Origin: an uncultured bacterium | GTDB lineage: Bacteria; Patescibacteriota; Saccharimonadia; UBA4664 | Assembly: GCA_963720265.1 (NCBI GenBank) | Contig: CAVRET010000002.1 | Coordinates: forward strand, 931-64,930 | Length of the DNA stretch: 64,000 bases | Reading direction: 5' to 3' | Part shown: one piece after another, positions 37,943 to 48,468 of the stretch | Position numbering within the stretch: position 1 is the stretch's first letter | Layout of the letters: each line of letters opens with the position of its first letter | The notes under the pieces: generated by a model | Seen by the model: only the letters and a program-made list of their open reading frames with translations | Told to the model about the DNA's origin: nothing | Databases searched by the model: none | Translations under genes and position numbers: made by a program

Positions 37943-38421
37943 GCATGGAATTTCTCGCAAACTTCACGGACCAGACCTTCGTGCCGGGCCGTTACTTTAT
38001 GTGGTCGCCGGCCAGCAGGACCATTACGTTCGATTCCCGGCGTATCAATACCAACAATGGCCGCTTAGCTCTGCTCCACGAGCTTGGCCACGCCAGATTA
38101 AACCACCGCATTTACAAATACGATATGGAGCTCCTCAGCATGGAGCTCGACGCCTGGGACATCGCCCGCGAATTGGCACCGTTATACGGCGTCAAAATCA
38201 ACGAGCAGCACATTACCGCCACCATTGCCAGCTACGACGATTGGCTCACCAAGCGCGCCACCTGCCCGGACTGCAACAACTTCTCGCTCCAACGCGGCCG
38301 CGACAGTTACGGCTGCTTTGTGTGCGGCGCCAAGTGGGTCGTCAACTGGCGCAAAGACCGTCGCGTTAAGCGCACCGTCGTCTCCCGATTCGCCGACCTC
38401 GCCGAAGCTTCGGTAAACTAA
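37939..38421 (+). CDS. ImmA/IrrE-family (DUF955) zinc metallopeptidase-like protein with C-terminal zinc ribbon
   Basis: LALLHELGHARLNH (HExxH plus downstream H). C-terminal CPDCNN...CFVCG. Strong AGGAGGG RBS. Confidence 0.6.
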   Translation: MSMEFLANFTDQTFVPGRYFMWSPASRTITFDSRRINTNNGRLALLHELGHARLNHRIYKYDMELLSMELDAWDIARELAPLYGVKINEQHITATIASYDDWLTKRATCPDCNNFSLQRGRDSYGCFVCGAKWVVNWRKDRRVKRTVVSRFADLAEASVN

Positions 38422-39827
38422 CCCTTTACCCGAATTCCGCGCCGGCCGCGCATCGCCGTCCAGACACCGTGTTTGGCATCTATCGGCTGGCGTTTCGCAC
38501 GAGCAACCTTGTCGTAAATCGTTGGCAACGTCTCAGCATGATACTTCGCACGCAAGCCCTCGTACCAGGCTCGGTCATACAAATTCCAAAACTCGTCCTC
38601 TGAGTAGTAGGCATAGGCATACAACCATTTCCGGCCGCCAAGCTCACTGAGCTTGGCCTCCAATTCCCGGTTGGCCGCAACCACGGCGTCAAGGTCGTGA
38701 CTGTAAAATCCCCACACGCCAACGTTCACGGCCAAGCCGTCAGCCAACGGCCGCGACAAAAATTGCCCGGCATCGGCGTGCCCGTCGATATTAAGCGGAC
38801 ACAGCCACAACGGGTACATGCCAAACCTGCGGTCAATCCATTCCATAAAGGCCACTGCGGTAGCCGGCGGGAGCGCCAAATCCTGAATAATAAACTCCTG
38901 CGACACGCCGCTGGCCTGCAGCGCCTCATACATCGCCCGCGTGTGCATAACCGTATCAAGCAGCCGCCGCGTAACCTTATTAAACGGCTTGTGAAAGCGC
39001 CGAAATGCGTATTCACCCATCCAAAACCCGCCCCGGTCATAGCGAAACAAATAATCTTCCACCGGCACTGCTTCATGCTGCGGTCGGCCGCTCTTAAGTT
39101 GCTTCCTGACGTGGAGGTAAAACCACTCGTCTCCGCGCCTGCTAAATCGAACTACCGGCGCACGAGTCGCCTCGACCAGCTTGCCCACAATGATCACGCC
39201 CAAATTGCGCGCAAACATAACACCGTCAACAAAATCAGGCCGTTCGGTCACAGCCGCTTTGAGCGTTTCGGTTGCTTCTTCAAACCCGTGCACCACCCGG
39301 TATTCCAACTCCACGTAAGCCTTCGCCGTTACCAATCGCACCTCGGCCGCCGTTACCACACCAAGCGTACCGTATGACCCAGCCGCACCGTAGAACAGAT
39401 CCGCGCGTGCTTCCCGTGACGCCCGCACCACCTCCCCGTTCGCCAGCACCAGTTCAAACCAGTTCAACGTCTCGTTAAATCCGCCCCACTTAAACGAACT
39501 GCTTTCTCCGGCCCCGCCCTGCAGGCCACCGGCCACTGTAATACCCGGAAATTCCATCACCACCGGCGGTATCAGCCCATGTGCCAAGGCCGCCCGCACG
39601 AGGGCGTCCATGGGCACATTTGCCTCCACCAGCGCCGTTTGCCGCTTGGCATCAACCTCGAGCACATGCGTAAAATCACTCACATCCACTATGCCCGTCC
39701 GGTCAAATTCCAGCACGCGTGTAGAATTCGTACTGCCGTGATACACCTTAAACGGCCCTCGCCGGCCGTAAAACGCCCGCACCTGCTCGGCCAAGGCCGC
39801 CACTCGGTCCTCATGTTTCGCCTGCAT
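38418..39827 (-). CDS. FAD-binding oxidoreductase (PCMH-type FAD domain)
   Basis: N-terminal ...VYHGSTNSTRV...VDVSDFTHVLEVD...EANV...GITVAGGLQGGAGESSSFKWG is the FAD-binding type 4 pattern. 469 aa. Confidence 0.6.
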   Translation of the reverse strand: MQAKHEDRVAALAEQVRAFYGRRGPFKVYHGSTNSTRVLEFDRTGIVDVSDFTHVLEVDAKRQTALVEANVPMDALVRAALAHGLIPPVVMEFPGITVAGGLQGGAGESSSFKWGGFNETLNWFELVLANGEVVRASREARADLFYGAAGSYGTLGVVTAAEVRLVTAKAYVELEYRVVHGFEEATETLKAAVTERPDFVDGVMFARNLGVIIVGKLVEATRAPVVRFSRRGDEWFYLHVRKQLKSGRPQHEAVPVEDYLFRYDRGGFWMGEYAFRRFHKPFNKVTRRLLDTVMHTRAMYEALQASGVSQEFIIQDLALPPATAVAFMEWIDRRFGMYPLWLCPLNIDGHADAGQFLSRPLADGLAVNVGVWGFYSHDLDAVVAANRELEAKLSELGGRKWLYAYAYYSEDEFWNLYDRAWYEGLRAKYHAETLPTIYDKVARAKRQPIDAKHGVWTAMRGRRGIRVKG

Positions 39828-40366
39828 CAGCGCGCTAAGCCCTCCACAATGTGCGCGTTCGGCAGTTCTGCCAGCGCCCGCCCGGGGAAAAGCAGCTTCG
39901 ACTTCCGCAAACCACCGCCCATTAACAATCGCTGAATCTCAAGCACACGCGCATCTACCAACAGCGGCCACTCGGCCGGCAGGCCGATGGCCGTAATACT
40001 GCCATACTCCATCCGGCTCTGTGCCACGGCTACGTCTTTTGGCGCCAGCGACAGTTTCCTGGCATCAAGTACCTTGCGCGCCACGCCATTCAAATCCGCT
40101 CGACTGGCCGCCACCATTACCACAACGGCAAGCCGCTTCACACCCGCCCGAGCCGCCTCCACAATCACCGTATTTGCGGTCTGCTCAGCCGGTATCCCGT
40201 AATGTTCACAAAAGGCTTCGGTATCACTGTATTGAGGGTCAATTTCTGCCACTTCAAATCGCCCGATGAGTTCAGCATCGGGCCAAATCTGCAGCGCGGC
40301 CACCACCGGTTCGGCCAGCAAATCTTCACGCTCCAGCGCCGGATAAGTCACAAGTTGGTTCGCCAT
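39827..40366 (-). CDS. ybaK: YbaK/ProX-type aminoacyl-tRNA deacylase domain protein
   Basis: 179 aa. ...ANTVIVEAARAGVKRLAVVVMVAASRADLNGVARKV...SITAIGLP... resembles the trans-editing domain. Confidence 0.5.
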   Translation of the reverse strand: MANQLVTYPALEREDLLAEPVVAALQIWPDAELIGRFEVAEIDPQYSDTEAFCEHYGIPAEQTANTVIVEAARAGVKRLAVVVMVAASRADLNGVARKVLDARKLSLAPKDVAVAQSRMEYGSITAIGLPAEWPLLVDARVLEIQRLLMGGGLRKSKLLFPGRALAELPNAHIVEGLAR

Positions 40367-40434
40367 ATGATAGATTATACCAAGACCAAAAAAGACCCTT
40401 AAAGGGTCTCCTCTGGCGCATTCAAGCAGCGGAT

Positions 40435-40662
40435 TTACGCCGCCAGCTCAACGTCTGACTGTACGGGCTTGCTAGCCTTGGTACGGCGCGAAGCCTTACC
40501 GCCTTTGCGGCCTGCCTCAACGGCTAAGTCACGGTTCATTGCGAAACCGCCGCCTTTTGAGATCCTGCCACCGCGTCGGCCGATTTCCTCGTAGAAGTTC
40601 AGACCGTAGCGTTGCTTGTTGGTTGCGGCGGCTTTGCGGCCGCCAGCTTGGGTACCTGCCAT
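40435..40662 (-). CDS. KGG-repeat stress-induced protein (YciG-like)
   Basis: MAGTQAGGRKAAATN...GRRGGRISKGGGFAMNRDLAVEAGRKGGKASRR (KGG repeats). GAGGAG RBS before the Met at 40662. Confidence 0.65.
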   Translation of the reverse strand: MAGTQAGGRKAAATNKQRYGLNFYEEIGRRGGRISKGGGFAMNRDLAVEAGRKGGKASRRTKASKPVQSDVELAA

Positions 40663-40860
40663 TGCTACACTCCTCTTAATATCAAAACTATGCCAAAAGT
40701 GGCTGTCCATATCGTTAGCGTTTCTGCTAAAAAGCTCATCATTCGGTGATTGACCCTTAGCAAAATTGCTAAAATGCCTACGGATACGGTCAATCTTAGC
40801 ATAAACATGTTACCCTGTCAATAGTAATTATGCTTACGCCCCTTTGCTACACTAGTCACA

Positions 40861-41370
40861 ATGACCAAATCACCATTGCGCCTTATTTTGTCAAACCTAC
40901 GCAGTGCCGGGAACGTCGGCCAGATATTGCGTACTGCTGATGCCTGCGGCGTCGAGCTGGTCTGCGCCTGTGGTTACACGCCCTACCCGCTTGTAAAAAA
41001 TGACACAAGGCCCGCCCACGTCAGCGCCGCCAACCAGCGCACAATTTCCAAAACCTCACTCGGTGCCGAATCGACTGTGCCGCTCCTGCACTACGCCGAC
41101 ACTCTCACGGCTCTCCGCGAAGCCAAGTCCCACAGCTTCGAAATCATCGTAATCGAGCAGGCTGAGAATACCCTTAACCTTTTTGGCTACAAACCTCCAC
41201 CCGGCCGGCCTCTGGCGCTGGTATTTGGCAACGAGGTTGAAGGTGTATCAGCCGGCGACCTAGCCGCGGCCGACGTGGTGCTTGAACTACCCATGCTCGG
41301 CCGCAAAGAGTCACTCAACGTCGCGGCCACCGCCGCCATCGCCATGTATCAACTCCGCTTTGGTGCCTAG
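40861..41370 (+). CDS. SpoU/TrmH-family RNA 2'-O-methyltransferase
   Basis: ...LSNLRSAGNVGQILRTADACGV..., LVFGNEVEGVS and ...LNVAATAAIAMYQL (SPOUT motifs). Confidence 0.8.
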   Translation: MTKSPLRLILSNLRSAGNVGQILRTADACGVELVCACGYTPYPLVKNDTRPAHVSAANQRTISKTSLGAESTVPLLHYADTLTALREAKSHSFEIIVIEQAENTLNLFGYKPPPGRPLALVFGNEVEGVSAGDLAAADVVLELPMLGRKESLNVAATAAIAMYQLRFGA

Positions 41371-41407
41371 CGGCGGAGGTTTTGACAACACGAAAAGCTT
41401 CTAAACG

Positions 41408-41437
41408 CCAAAAACCACCCTTTCGGATGGTTTTTGG
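41408..41437. terminator. bidirectional terminator hairpin between the SpoU gene and 5S rRNA
   Basis: CCAAAAACCA(ccctttcgga)TGGTTTTTGG, a 10-bp stem flanked by T/A runs. Confidence 0.5.
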
Positions 41438-41442
41438 ATAAT

Positions 41443-41555
41443 CCGGCACCGTGCTACTTTCCCCTTTCGAGTATCATCGCCGCAGCGGGTCTTAACGGTG
41501 GTGTTCGGGATGGGAACCAGTGTATCCCCCGCGCCATAAGCACCGGGTTCGCGGG
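41443..41555 (-). rRNA. rrf: 5S ribosomal RNA
   Basis: Reverse complement reads ...GGUGCUUAUGGCGCGGGGGAUACACUGGUUCCCAUCCCGAACACCACCGUUAAGACCCGCUGCGGCGAUGAUACUCGAAAGGGGAAAGUAGCACGGUGCCGG, with a 5S helix I closure and loop C CCGAAC. Ends are approximate. Confidence 0.8.
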
Positions 41556-41977
41556 TCGCACACTATCCCGTAGGATATTTGGTGGACCAGCGAACTCGGC
41601 ACTCATGTGAGTGTCAGATTTTGTGAATGGGTGCTTCCTTGCGCGTATGCGCCGGTAGCCACAAACTGCTAGTCAAACCTTGCAAAAAAGTCAATCGACC
41701 GATTAGTACACCTCGGCTAAACACATTACTGTGCGTACACCTAGTGCCTATCAACCTGGTAGTCTTCCAGGGGTCTGATTGGGAAATCTAATCTTGAGGT
41801 AGGTTTCGCGCTTATATGCTTTCAGCGCTTATCCTGTCCGAACATAGCTACCCGACGATGCCCTTGGCAGAACAATCGGTACACCAGAGGTTCGTTCACT
41901 CCGGTCCTCTCGTACTAGGAGTCACTCCTCTCAAATTTCCTTACGCCCACACCAGATAGGGACCGAACTGTTTCACA

Positions 41978-42034
<57 letters not shown>

Positions 42035-42058
42035 GGTGCTTCCCCCCCAGGATGCGAC

Positions 42059-42502
42059 GAGCCGACATCGCTGTCGATTCCACAATTACTTGTGGCCCAG
42101 ACTATATCTTATCCCTGCTCTCCAGACTTAGGCTGATAGGCCATATCTATGAGTTGAGTCTTGCAGGGCTCGGCGTGTTAGCCCACTTTACGTGGACTCT
42201 CATCTTTCGAATCAGTCGTTACGGGGTCATCAGTCAATTTATACTTGAAGCAAGGTAACGCATATGGAGCAATCTGCTGCCAACTTCGAACAAAGCGTTC
42301 TTGCGATTGCCTTGTTTGCGTAGCGTACCATCGCCTAGCAGACTGCCTATTAGGACTTCCTGCTGAATTGACGTTAGACTTCCCACGGTATTGTCCTTGT
42401 TTGTATCATACCGAACATTCACCGTACAAACAATAGGATTTCACCGTTATAAGCCGAATTTTTGGTACAGGATTACTCCTGTAGCACCCCGATATTGATT
42501 CT
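42059..42502 (-). mobile_element. group I-like intron in 23S at the site homologous to E. coli 2499/2500 (GGCACCU|CGAUGUC), carrying a degenerate LAGLIDADG ORF
   Basis: Exon homology breaks after GAGCCGACATCG (plus coordinate 42058) and resumes at AGGTGCCAAAC (42503). The inserted RNA starts after an exon U and ends in G, consistent with group I splice sites. Confidence 0.65.
42234..42422 (-). pseudogene. LAGLIDADG homing endonuclease remnant (62 aa)
   Basis: Translation ...QEVLIGSLLGDGTLRKQGNRKNALFEV... contains a LAGLIDADG-type motif. It is too short to be an intact enzyme. Confidence 0.5.
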
Positions 42503-43183
42503 AGGTGCCAAACAGCGCCGTCTATGTGAACTATTGGGCGCTATAAGCCTGTTATCCCCAGGGTAACTTTTGTCCGTTGAGCGCTGCAGATTCCACATTC
42601 TAGATTGCAGCGGATCACTAACTCCTACTTTCGTACCTGCTCGGCTTGTAAGCCTCACAGTCAAGCTGGCTTCTGCGTTTGCACTATCGATACGATTTCC
42701 ATCCGTACCTAGCCAACCTTTGAACGCCTCCGTTACTCTTTAGGAGGCAACCGCCCCAGTTAAACTACCCACCAGACACTGTTCCAGTGCCGGAATTCGC
42801 GTACAAGGTAATCTAACAAGACAAGTCGCATGCATATGCGTGAGTTAGGAAAAAGTTTCCATTTGAACTTGTTCTACTTGTCTTGTCAGCATTGTCCGCA
42901 AATTGCGGCACTGGTTAGGACAAAGTTACAGCCAGGGTGGTATTTCACATTTCGGCTCCGCCAGAGCTAACGCTCTAACTTCACAGCCTCCCACCTATTC
43001 TACACAGGCTATAACTCGGCCCAATGCCAAGTTGTAGTAAAGCTCCATGGGGTCTTTCCGTCTTGGTGCGGGTAAACGGCATCTTTACCGCTATTGCAAT
43101 TTCACCGAGTCCCTCGTTGAGACAGTGCCCATATCGTTACGCCATTCGTGCGGGACGGAACTTACCCGCCAAGGAATTTCGCT

Positions 43184-43970
43184 TTATGTCAAGTTATTGG
43201 TATCACCAACCCGTCTGGAGATCCTTGGTTCTCGCTGACGGCTGCATGTCGCCATGCAGTACGGACTCTATCTTTACCGCTGTCGCGGCATCCGGCGTAT
43301 TAGCCTCTGAGGATTCTTATCAGATCCTGCCTGGATTTTTGCCTATTCATTGTTTGCGTAATCTCAGCTATTTCGATCAATCCCTCTGGGGTTTTATGCA
43401 CTCCAGAGTTGATTAACGAAACGCAGTGCGCAAATTTTTGAAAATCATGTTGCTTATGCGTTCGCAATTAATACAAGCTGAAGAAGGGTATGATCCTTTC
43501 GATCAAGTCTTCACGCCTTTGTACCACGTATCGATACATTGCTTCTGTATGGTTATCGTAACGTCGATTAATCACGACGGTACCCACTCCAAAGAAATGT
43601 TGCAATCGATGCAAGCACTCGATGCTCTTGGCACCTTGCGCAACTGCGAATTCATGGGCAACTTGGTAGCCAGTTCTGTATCCACGATGAGTTTTAGTAG
43701 TCAGTTGCCTGACAAACCCAATTGAGAAGCATCCTTCTCCGTCTACAAAACCAATAACCCAGCCAAGCTCGATAAGCCTTTCCTGCTGATTGTCCGCACC
43801 TGTCGCATTGTCAGTCATGTTGGCATTATACCGAACAAAGTCCGTATAATAAACATTGCTAGCGCAGGATTCTCGGGGTTTCCAGCATATAGCCAGATTT
43901 TCTCTCAAAACCTCTATGGCAAGAGGAAAACGAGAGGTGGTCTTACACCACACTAAGGCAGCTTGTGTTC
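43184..43970 (-). mobile_element. intron-like intervening sequence in 23S at the site homologous to E. coli ~1917 (GGUCCUAAGGU|AGCGAAAUUCC), encoding a LAGLIDADG endonuclease
   Basis: The exon sequence CAAGGAATTTCGCT ends at 43183 and ACCTTAGGAC resumes at 43971. The joined exons reproduce the universally conserved GGTCCTAAGGTAGCGAAATTCC. Confidence 0.65.
43468..43953 (-). CDS. LAGLIDADG homing endonuclease (intron-encoded)
   Basis: ...RLIELGWVIGFVDGEGCFSIGF... is a canonical single-motif LAGLIDADG. Possible start at the internal Met at 43818 (MTDNATG...). Confidence 0.8.
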   Translation of the reverse strand: MWCKTTSRFPLAIEVLRENLAICWKPRESCASNVYYTDFVRYNANMTDNATGADNQQERLIELGWVIGFVDGEGCFSIGFVRQLTTKTHRGYRTGYQVAHEFAVAQGAKSIECLHRLQHFFGVGTVVINRRYDNHTEAMYRYVVQRREDLIERIIPFFSLY

Positions 43971-46507
43971 ACCTTAGGACTCTTATAGTTAGAGCCGCCG
44001 TTTACTGGGGCTTCATTTCAGAGCTTGCACCCCTCCACTTAACCTTCCAGCACCGGGCAGGCGTCAGTCCGTATACATCCTCTTTCGAGTTAGCACAGAC
44101 CTGTGTTTTTGATAAACAGTCGCATGGGCTCTTTTGCTGCGGCCCTCCGAAGAGGGCAGACCTTATCCCGAAGTTACGGTCGCTGTATTGCCGAGTTCCT
44201 TAACGAGGGTTCTCTCGTACACCTTGGTCTACTCGACCCGAGCACCTGAGTCGGTTTGCGGTACGGGCGGCTATGCCTATTAACCCCAAAGCTTTTCTTG
44301 TCGGCTTGGCTCGCGTGAATCAACCCTTGCGGGCCTTTCATTCGCGTCTCACCCGGATTGCTCCGGACTACCTGCTTAGACGGATATAGCCAAAAATCCG
44401 CTCACGCTACCACGCCGCGTCATCTGGGGGAACAACATCGCCGGTACGGGAATATCAACCCGTTGTCCATCGCCTACGCTACTCGCCTCGGCTTAGGCCC
44501 GACTAACCCTGGGACGATAATCGTTGCCCAGGAAACCTTGCTCTTACGGTGGCAGGGATTCTCACCCTGCTTAAAGTTACTTATTCCAGCATTCTCACTT
44601 CCCCGCGCTCCACCAGACCTTCCGGTCTGACTTCACCGCCCGAGGAACGCTCCTCTACCACGCATGCGCTTGCGCGCACACATCCGCATCTTCGGCGCTA
44701 CGCTTGAGCCCCGTTATATTTTCCGCGCCGAATCACAATTGACCAGTGAGCTGTTACGCACTCTTTAAATGCATGGCTGCTTCTAAGCCCACATCCTGGT
44801 TGTTTATGCGTTCCGACATCGTTTCCCACTTAGCGTAGACTTGGGGGCCTTAGATGGCGATCTGGGCTGTTTCCCTTTTGAGCGACGAGCTTAGCCCCGC
44901 CGTTCTGACTGCCACAGTAATCTCTCCCGGTATTCGCAGTTTGCCAAGGATCAGTATCCTTGCGGACCATTACCTAAACAGAGCTCTACCCCCAGGAGGT
45001 AGTATGTGACGCTAGCCCTAAAGCTATTTCGAGGAGAACCAGCTATCTCCGAGTTCGATTGGAATTTCTCCGCTAACCACAGGTCATCCAAGCATTTTGC
45101 AACATGTCCTGGTTCGGTCCTCCACGCCGTTTTACCGACGCTTCAACCTGCCCATGGTTAGGTCACCCGGTTTCGGGTCTAATCCTGCGTACTATGTCGC
45201 CTTATTAAGCCTCGCTTTCACTACGGCTCCGTCAACTGACTTAACCTAACGCACGCAAAATTAACTCGCTGGATCGTTCTACAAAAAGCACGCCGTCACC
45301 CCATTGCTGAGGCTCCGACTCATTGTAGGCACATGATTTCAGGTTCTATTTCACTCCCCTTCCGGGGTTCTTTTCGCCTTTCCCTCACGGTACTTGTTCG
45401 CTATCGATCGTAAAGTATATTTAGCCTTGGAAGGTGGTCCTTCCAGATTCAGTCAGGCTCCAGTCTATCTCCCGACCTACTCGAGAATAGAGATATAAGG
45501 GCTGAAGTTTTTCGTGTACGGGGCTTTCACCCTCTTTGGCGCAAGATTCCGCCTGCTTCCACTAATCTTCAACTTTCTTACCTTACCGGCGCGTGACAGC
45601 GCAAACCGTCGCAATAAAGATCGCTTTCTTTGATTACTCTCGCAAAGCGCTCTTTATTGGTCATCTCTATCTCACAACCCCTCATTAACATTCGCCTGTC
45701 AGCTTATTCGTGTGCGAACACACGAAAGTCAATAAGGTTTTGGCTCTTCCCATTTCGCTCGCCGCTACTAAGGGAATTGAGGTTTCTCTCTCTTCCTGTG
45801 GCTACTTAGATGTTTCAGTTCACCACGTACCCTCCACACATCCTATTTTATTCAGATATGGGTAACCGCGTATAACCACGGCTGGGTTGCCCCATTCGGA
45901 AATCCCCGGGTCAAAGCTTGATTGACAGCTCACCGAGGCTTATCGCAGCCTTCTACGTCCTTCGTCGGTACTTTACGTCAAGGCATTCATCATGTGCCCT
46001 TAAGTAACTTTCTTACTTTGTTTGACTAGCAGTTTATAACTGCCGGTCGATCGATCTCCTCCACCTCGGCAGATGGATTCGATTCGATGAAATTGTTTGT
46101 AAATCTCACGCCTTGCGGCGCTTGATTTTACCCATTCATATTCACTTCTCAAAAAACAACTCCGCGAACCGGATTGATTCTGCGGAGCTCACATAATAAG
46201 AGACAACTATTTGCGCTTAGGCGATTTCTCCGCTTACCGCTAGTTGTCTACACATATAATGCGAGCCCTCGAAGTAACTCTATTAAGATATCAGATCAAG
46301 CTTGCTCGGTCAATACCCTGAGCGCCTATTTTGCAAAGATGCCGGTATGTAATTGCGAGAAACCCGCTCCAACATCATTGCCGGAACGGGCCATACAAAT
46401 TCCTGATCACCCGGATATCTCCAGGCTCTCCACCCGCCTCGGGCGCTGCCGAGGCGGGTCATCTGGTTGGTTGTGGACGGGCGGCTTGCCAAAAAAGACG
46501 CGACGTA

Positions 46508-46870
46508 CTAGTGTACGCCTGGTTTTTTGCCTTCCTCGTAGTCGACGCGACGATGCGAGGCAAGGACCCGCGCGATCGTACTAGCCGCCAGATTGACGTC
46601 GTCCGCCACCGAAATGCGCTCTGCCCACGACCACCAGAACCACCACTGGCCGTCTTTACCGCACCCGACGTACACGTTTTCCTCGAGTGCCCGAGCGGCC
46701 GTATTAACAACGTACAAGCTAGGCCTGCGCCTCGGCGGCGCCATCAAGTATGCCTCAAGCCCATGGTGGCTGAGCTCGTCTGCGAGCTTCTCGAGGTACA
46801 TGGCCTGGATCTGATCCGGGTCTCCGGTCCGCTTTACCGTCGCCTGACCGTCAGCGGTACTAGTCGGCAA
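46508..46870 (-). CDS. hypothetical protein (120 aa) between 23S 5' end and the tRNA genes (uncertain)
   Basis: Open frame with Trp-rich segment QWWFWWSW. No homology recognised. Overlapping plus-strand ORFs are also open. Confidence 0.3.
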   Translation of the reverse strand: MPTSTADGQATVKRTGDPDQIQAMYLEKLADELSHHGLEAYLMAPPRRRPSLYVVNTAARALEENVYVGCGKDGQWWFWWSWAERISVADDVNLAASTIARVLASHRRVDYEEGKKPGVH

Positions 46871-47069
46871 GACTAGTCACTCCCTTTCGTACACGGATAA
46901 GGATGAAACTGTGGGGCAACATGTGCAGACTGTGCCCTTGGGCTGTTAAGCTCCAGCCAATATCTTAGCTCAAACCGTCAGCATGAGCAATAAGGCTCTG
47001 ACACCTTGCCGCTTAACCCCAATTATGCTTAAATACCTGCGTTACCGTCCCGGCCCGCGGCCCTTCCAT

Positions 47070-47146
47070 GGGCTTGTAGCTCAGCTGGTCAGAGCGCGTC
47101 ACTGATAATGACGAGGTCGCAGGTTCGAGCCCTGCCAAGCCCACCA
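47070..47146 (+). tRNA. tRNA-Ile (anticodon GAU)
   Basis: GGGCTTGTAGCTCAGCTGGTCAGAGCGCGTCACTGATAATGACGAGGTCGCAGGTTCGAGCCCTGCCAAGCCCACCA. Cloverleaf with acceptor GGGCTTG/CAAGCCC, anticodon loop CUGAUAA, encoded CCA. Confidence 0.9.
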
Positions 47147-47179
47147 TGCAATTATCCCGGGCCGATCGGCCGCCACTTT

Positions 47180-47256
47180 GGGGCATTAGCTCAGCTGGCT
47201 AGAGCGCCTGCTTTGCAAGCAGGAGGTCATCGGTTCGAATCCGATATGCTCCACCA
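47180..47256 (+). tRNA. tRNA-Ala (anticodon UGC)
   Basis: GGGGCATTAGCTCAGCTGGCTAGAGCGCCTGCTTTGCAAGCAGGAGGTCATCGGTTCGAATCCGATATGCTCCACCA. Shows the G3:U70 identity pair, anticodon loop UUUGCAA, encoded CCA. Confidence 0.9.
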
Positions 47257-47880
47257 TGACAGGCTTACTGCAACCATTGACCCCTAGGGCAAGGTTCAGC
47301 AGGTCTGTCGAGGTTAGATCTTCATCATCAGATCGCAGATCGCTTCCCTTTGGGTCTTAGTAGCTAACATTGCCAAACAAAGAGCGAACAAAGATACTGA
47401 TTGCAATAACGAGCGATCAGGATATGTTCAAGCAGTACTGCCCGCGATGCAAACAGCCACAGCCTGTGAGTGCCCAGGAGTCTCCGCACGCAGTTTGTAA
47501 CAATGCTCAACCCCACGTTCATTGTGCAGTCTGCCGTCTGCCCTTGTCGCTTTCCGGAAGCCTTTTGCGGGACATCGGTACTTCGGCCAGAGTTAGTGCT
47601 AGAAGTTGTTGAGTATCACCGTCTTGGCCTCACCGTGGTCTGGGCTAATGTCGCAGACCTTACTAGTAACAGTGGCCACGTCGAAGCTCCTTTTCGCTTG
47701 CGGGGATTGGCCATTTTGATTATTCCATAATGCTTCGGCTCACTGTCAAAAAACGCGAAAAACCGAACAACCTAACAGCCTCAACCAACAGAACCGCGGA
47801 AACCATGCCACAACATAAACGAAGGCATTTGTTGCGACTTTGAGGCTAAGTGTCGCTTAAGCTTCATTGTGCGACGCGGG

Positions 47881-48468
47881 TTATGTTGGCCCGCCGCCTT
47901 CATGACGGGCGTGACGCTCGCGCAGTTTGCGCTCAGCAAGCGTAGTCGTAACGTCACTGAAGTAATCAGTTGCTAACCAATTTGCAGCATCTACTAGAGG
48001 AGTCGACGTATCATCCCCAGACTGACCCGCTTCAACAAATTGCCTAAAGGACATGGTAGCACCTCGCTCAGTATGACGAGCAGTATCCCAGAGTCCAACA
48101 GCCTTCTCTACGGACTCCAGATAGGCCAGCTGTCTTTCCTGTCTTGCCGCTGCCGCCGCATCTTGCGGCTCATCCAACTCAATACGGTCACGCTTCAGGG
48201 ATAATGCTTCACTCACGATCGCAGGGACTGCGAATTCTCGCTCGGGATCGTGGTGCGGCCTTCGCATCTCTTGGAGTGTCTGCTCGTATTCCGCCTTTGC
48301 ATCGCGGATCTGATCCTGATAACTTCTCTCTCCCGGGCCTTGTTCTTGATGGTCCATCTCTCCTCCAGTTTGCCATATCATAACTGCGAGCAAAATCAAC
48401 GACAAGCACTCCTGAACCGCAGAGCGATACCAGTAAGCGAGGAGGTGTCTGCGTGGTGGAGTGTGCAT
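47881..48468 (-). CDS. hypothetical protein (195 aa)
   Basis: Acidic/charged, N-terminal hydrophobic segment LSLILLAVMIW. No family recognised. Confidence 0.4.
   Translation of the reverse strand: MHTPPRRHLLAYWYRSAVQECLSLILLAVMIWQTGGEMDHQEQGPGERSYQDQIRDAKAEYEQTLQEMRRPHHDPEREFAVPAIVSEALSLKRDRIELDEPQDAAAAARQERQLAYLESVEKAVGLWDTARHTERGATMSFRQFVEAGQSGDDTSTPLVDAANWLATDYFSDVTTTLAERKLRERHARHEGGGPT

Noticed and set aside
47370-47730. Two overlapping 80-86-aa plus-strand ORFs downstream of tRNA-Ala (one Cys-rich: CPRCK...C..C)
   Set aside because: No RBS or clear start, and mutually overlapping frames in a region of low coding signal. A small zinc-ribbon protein is possible but unsupported, so it is not called.
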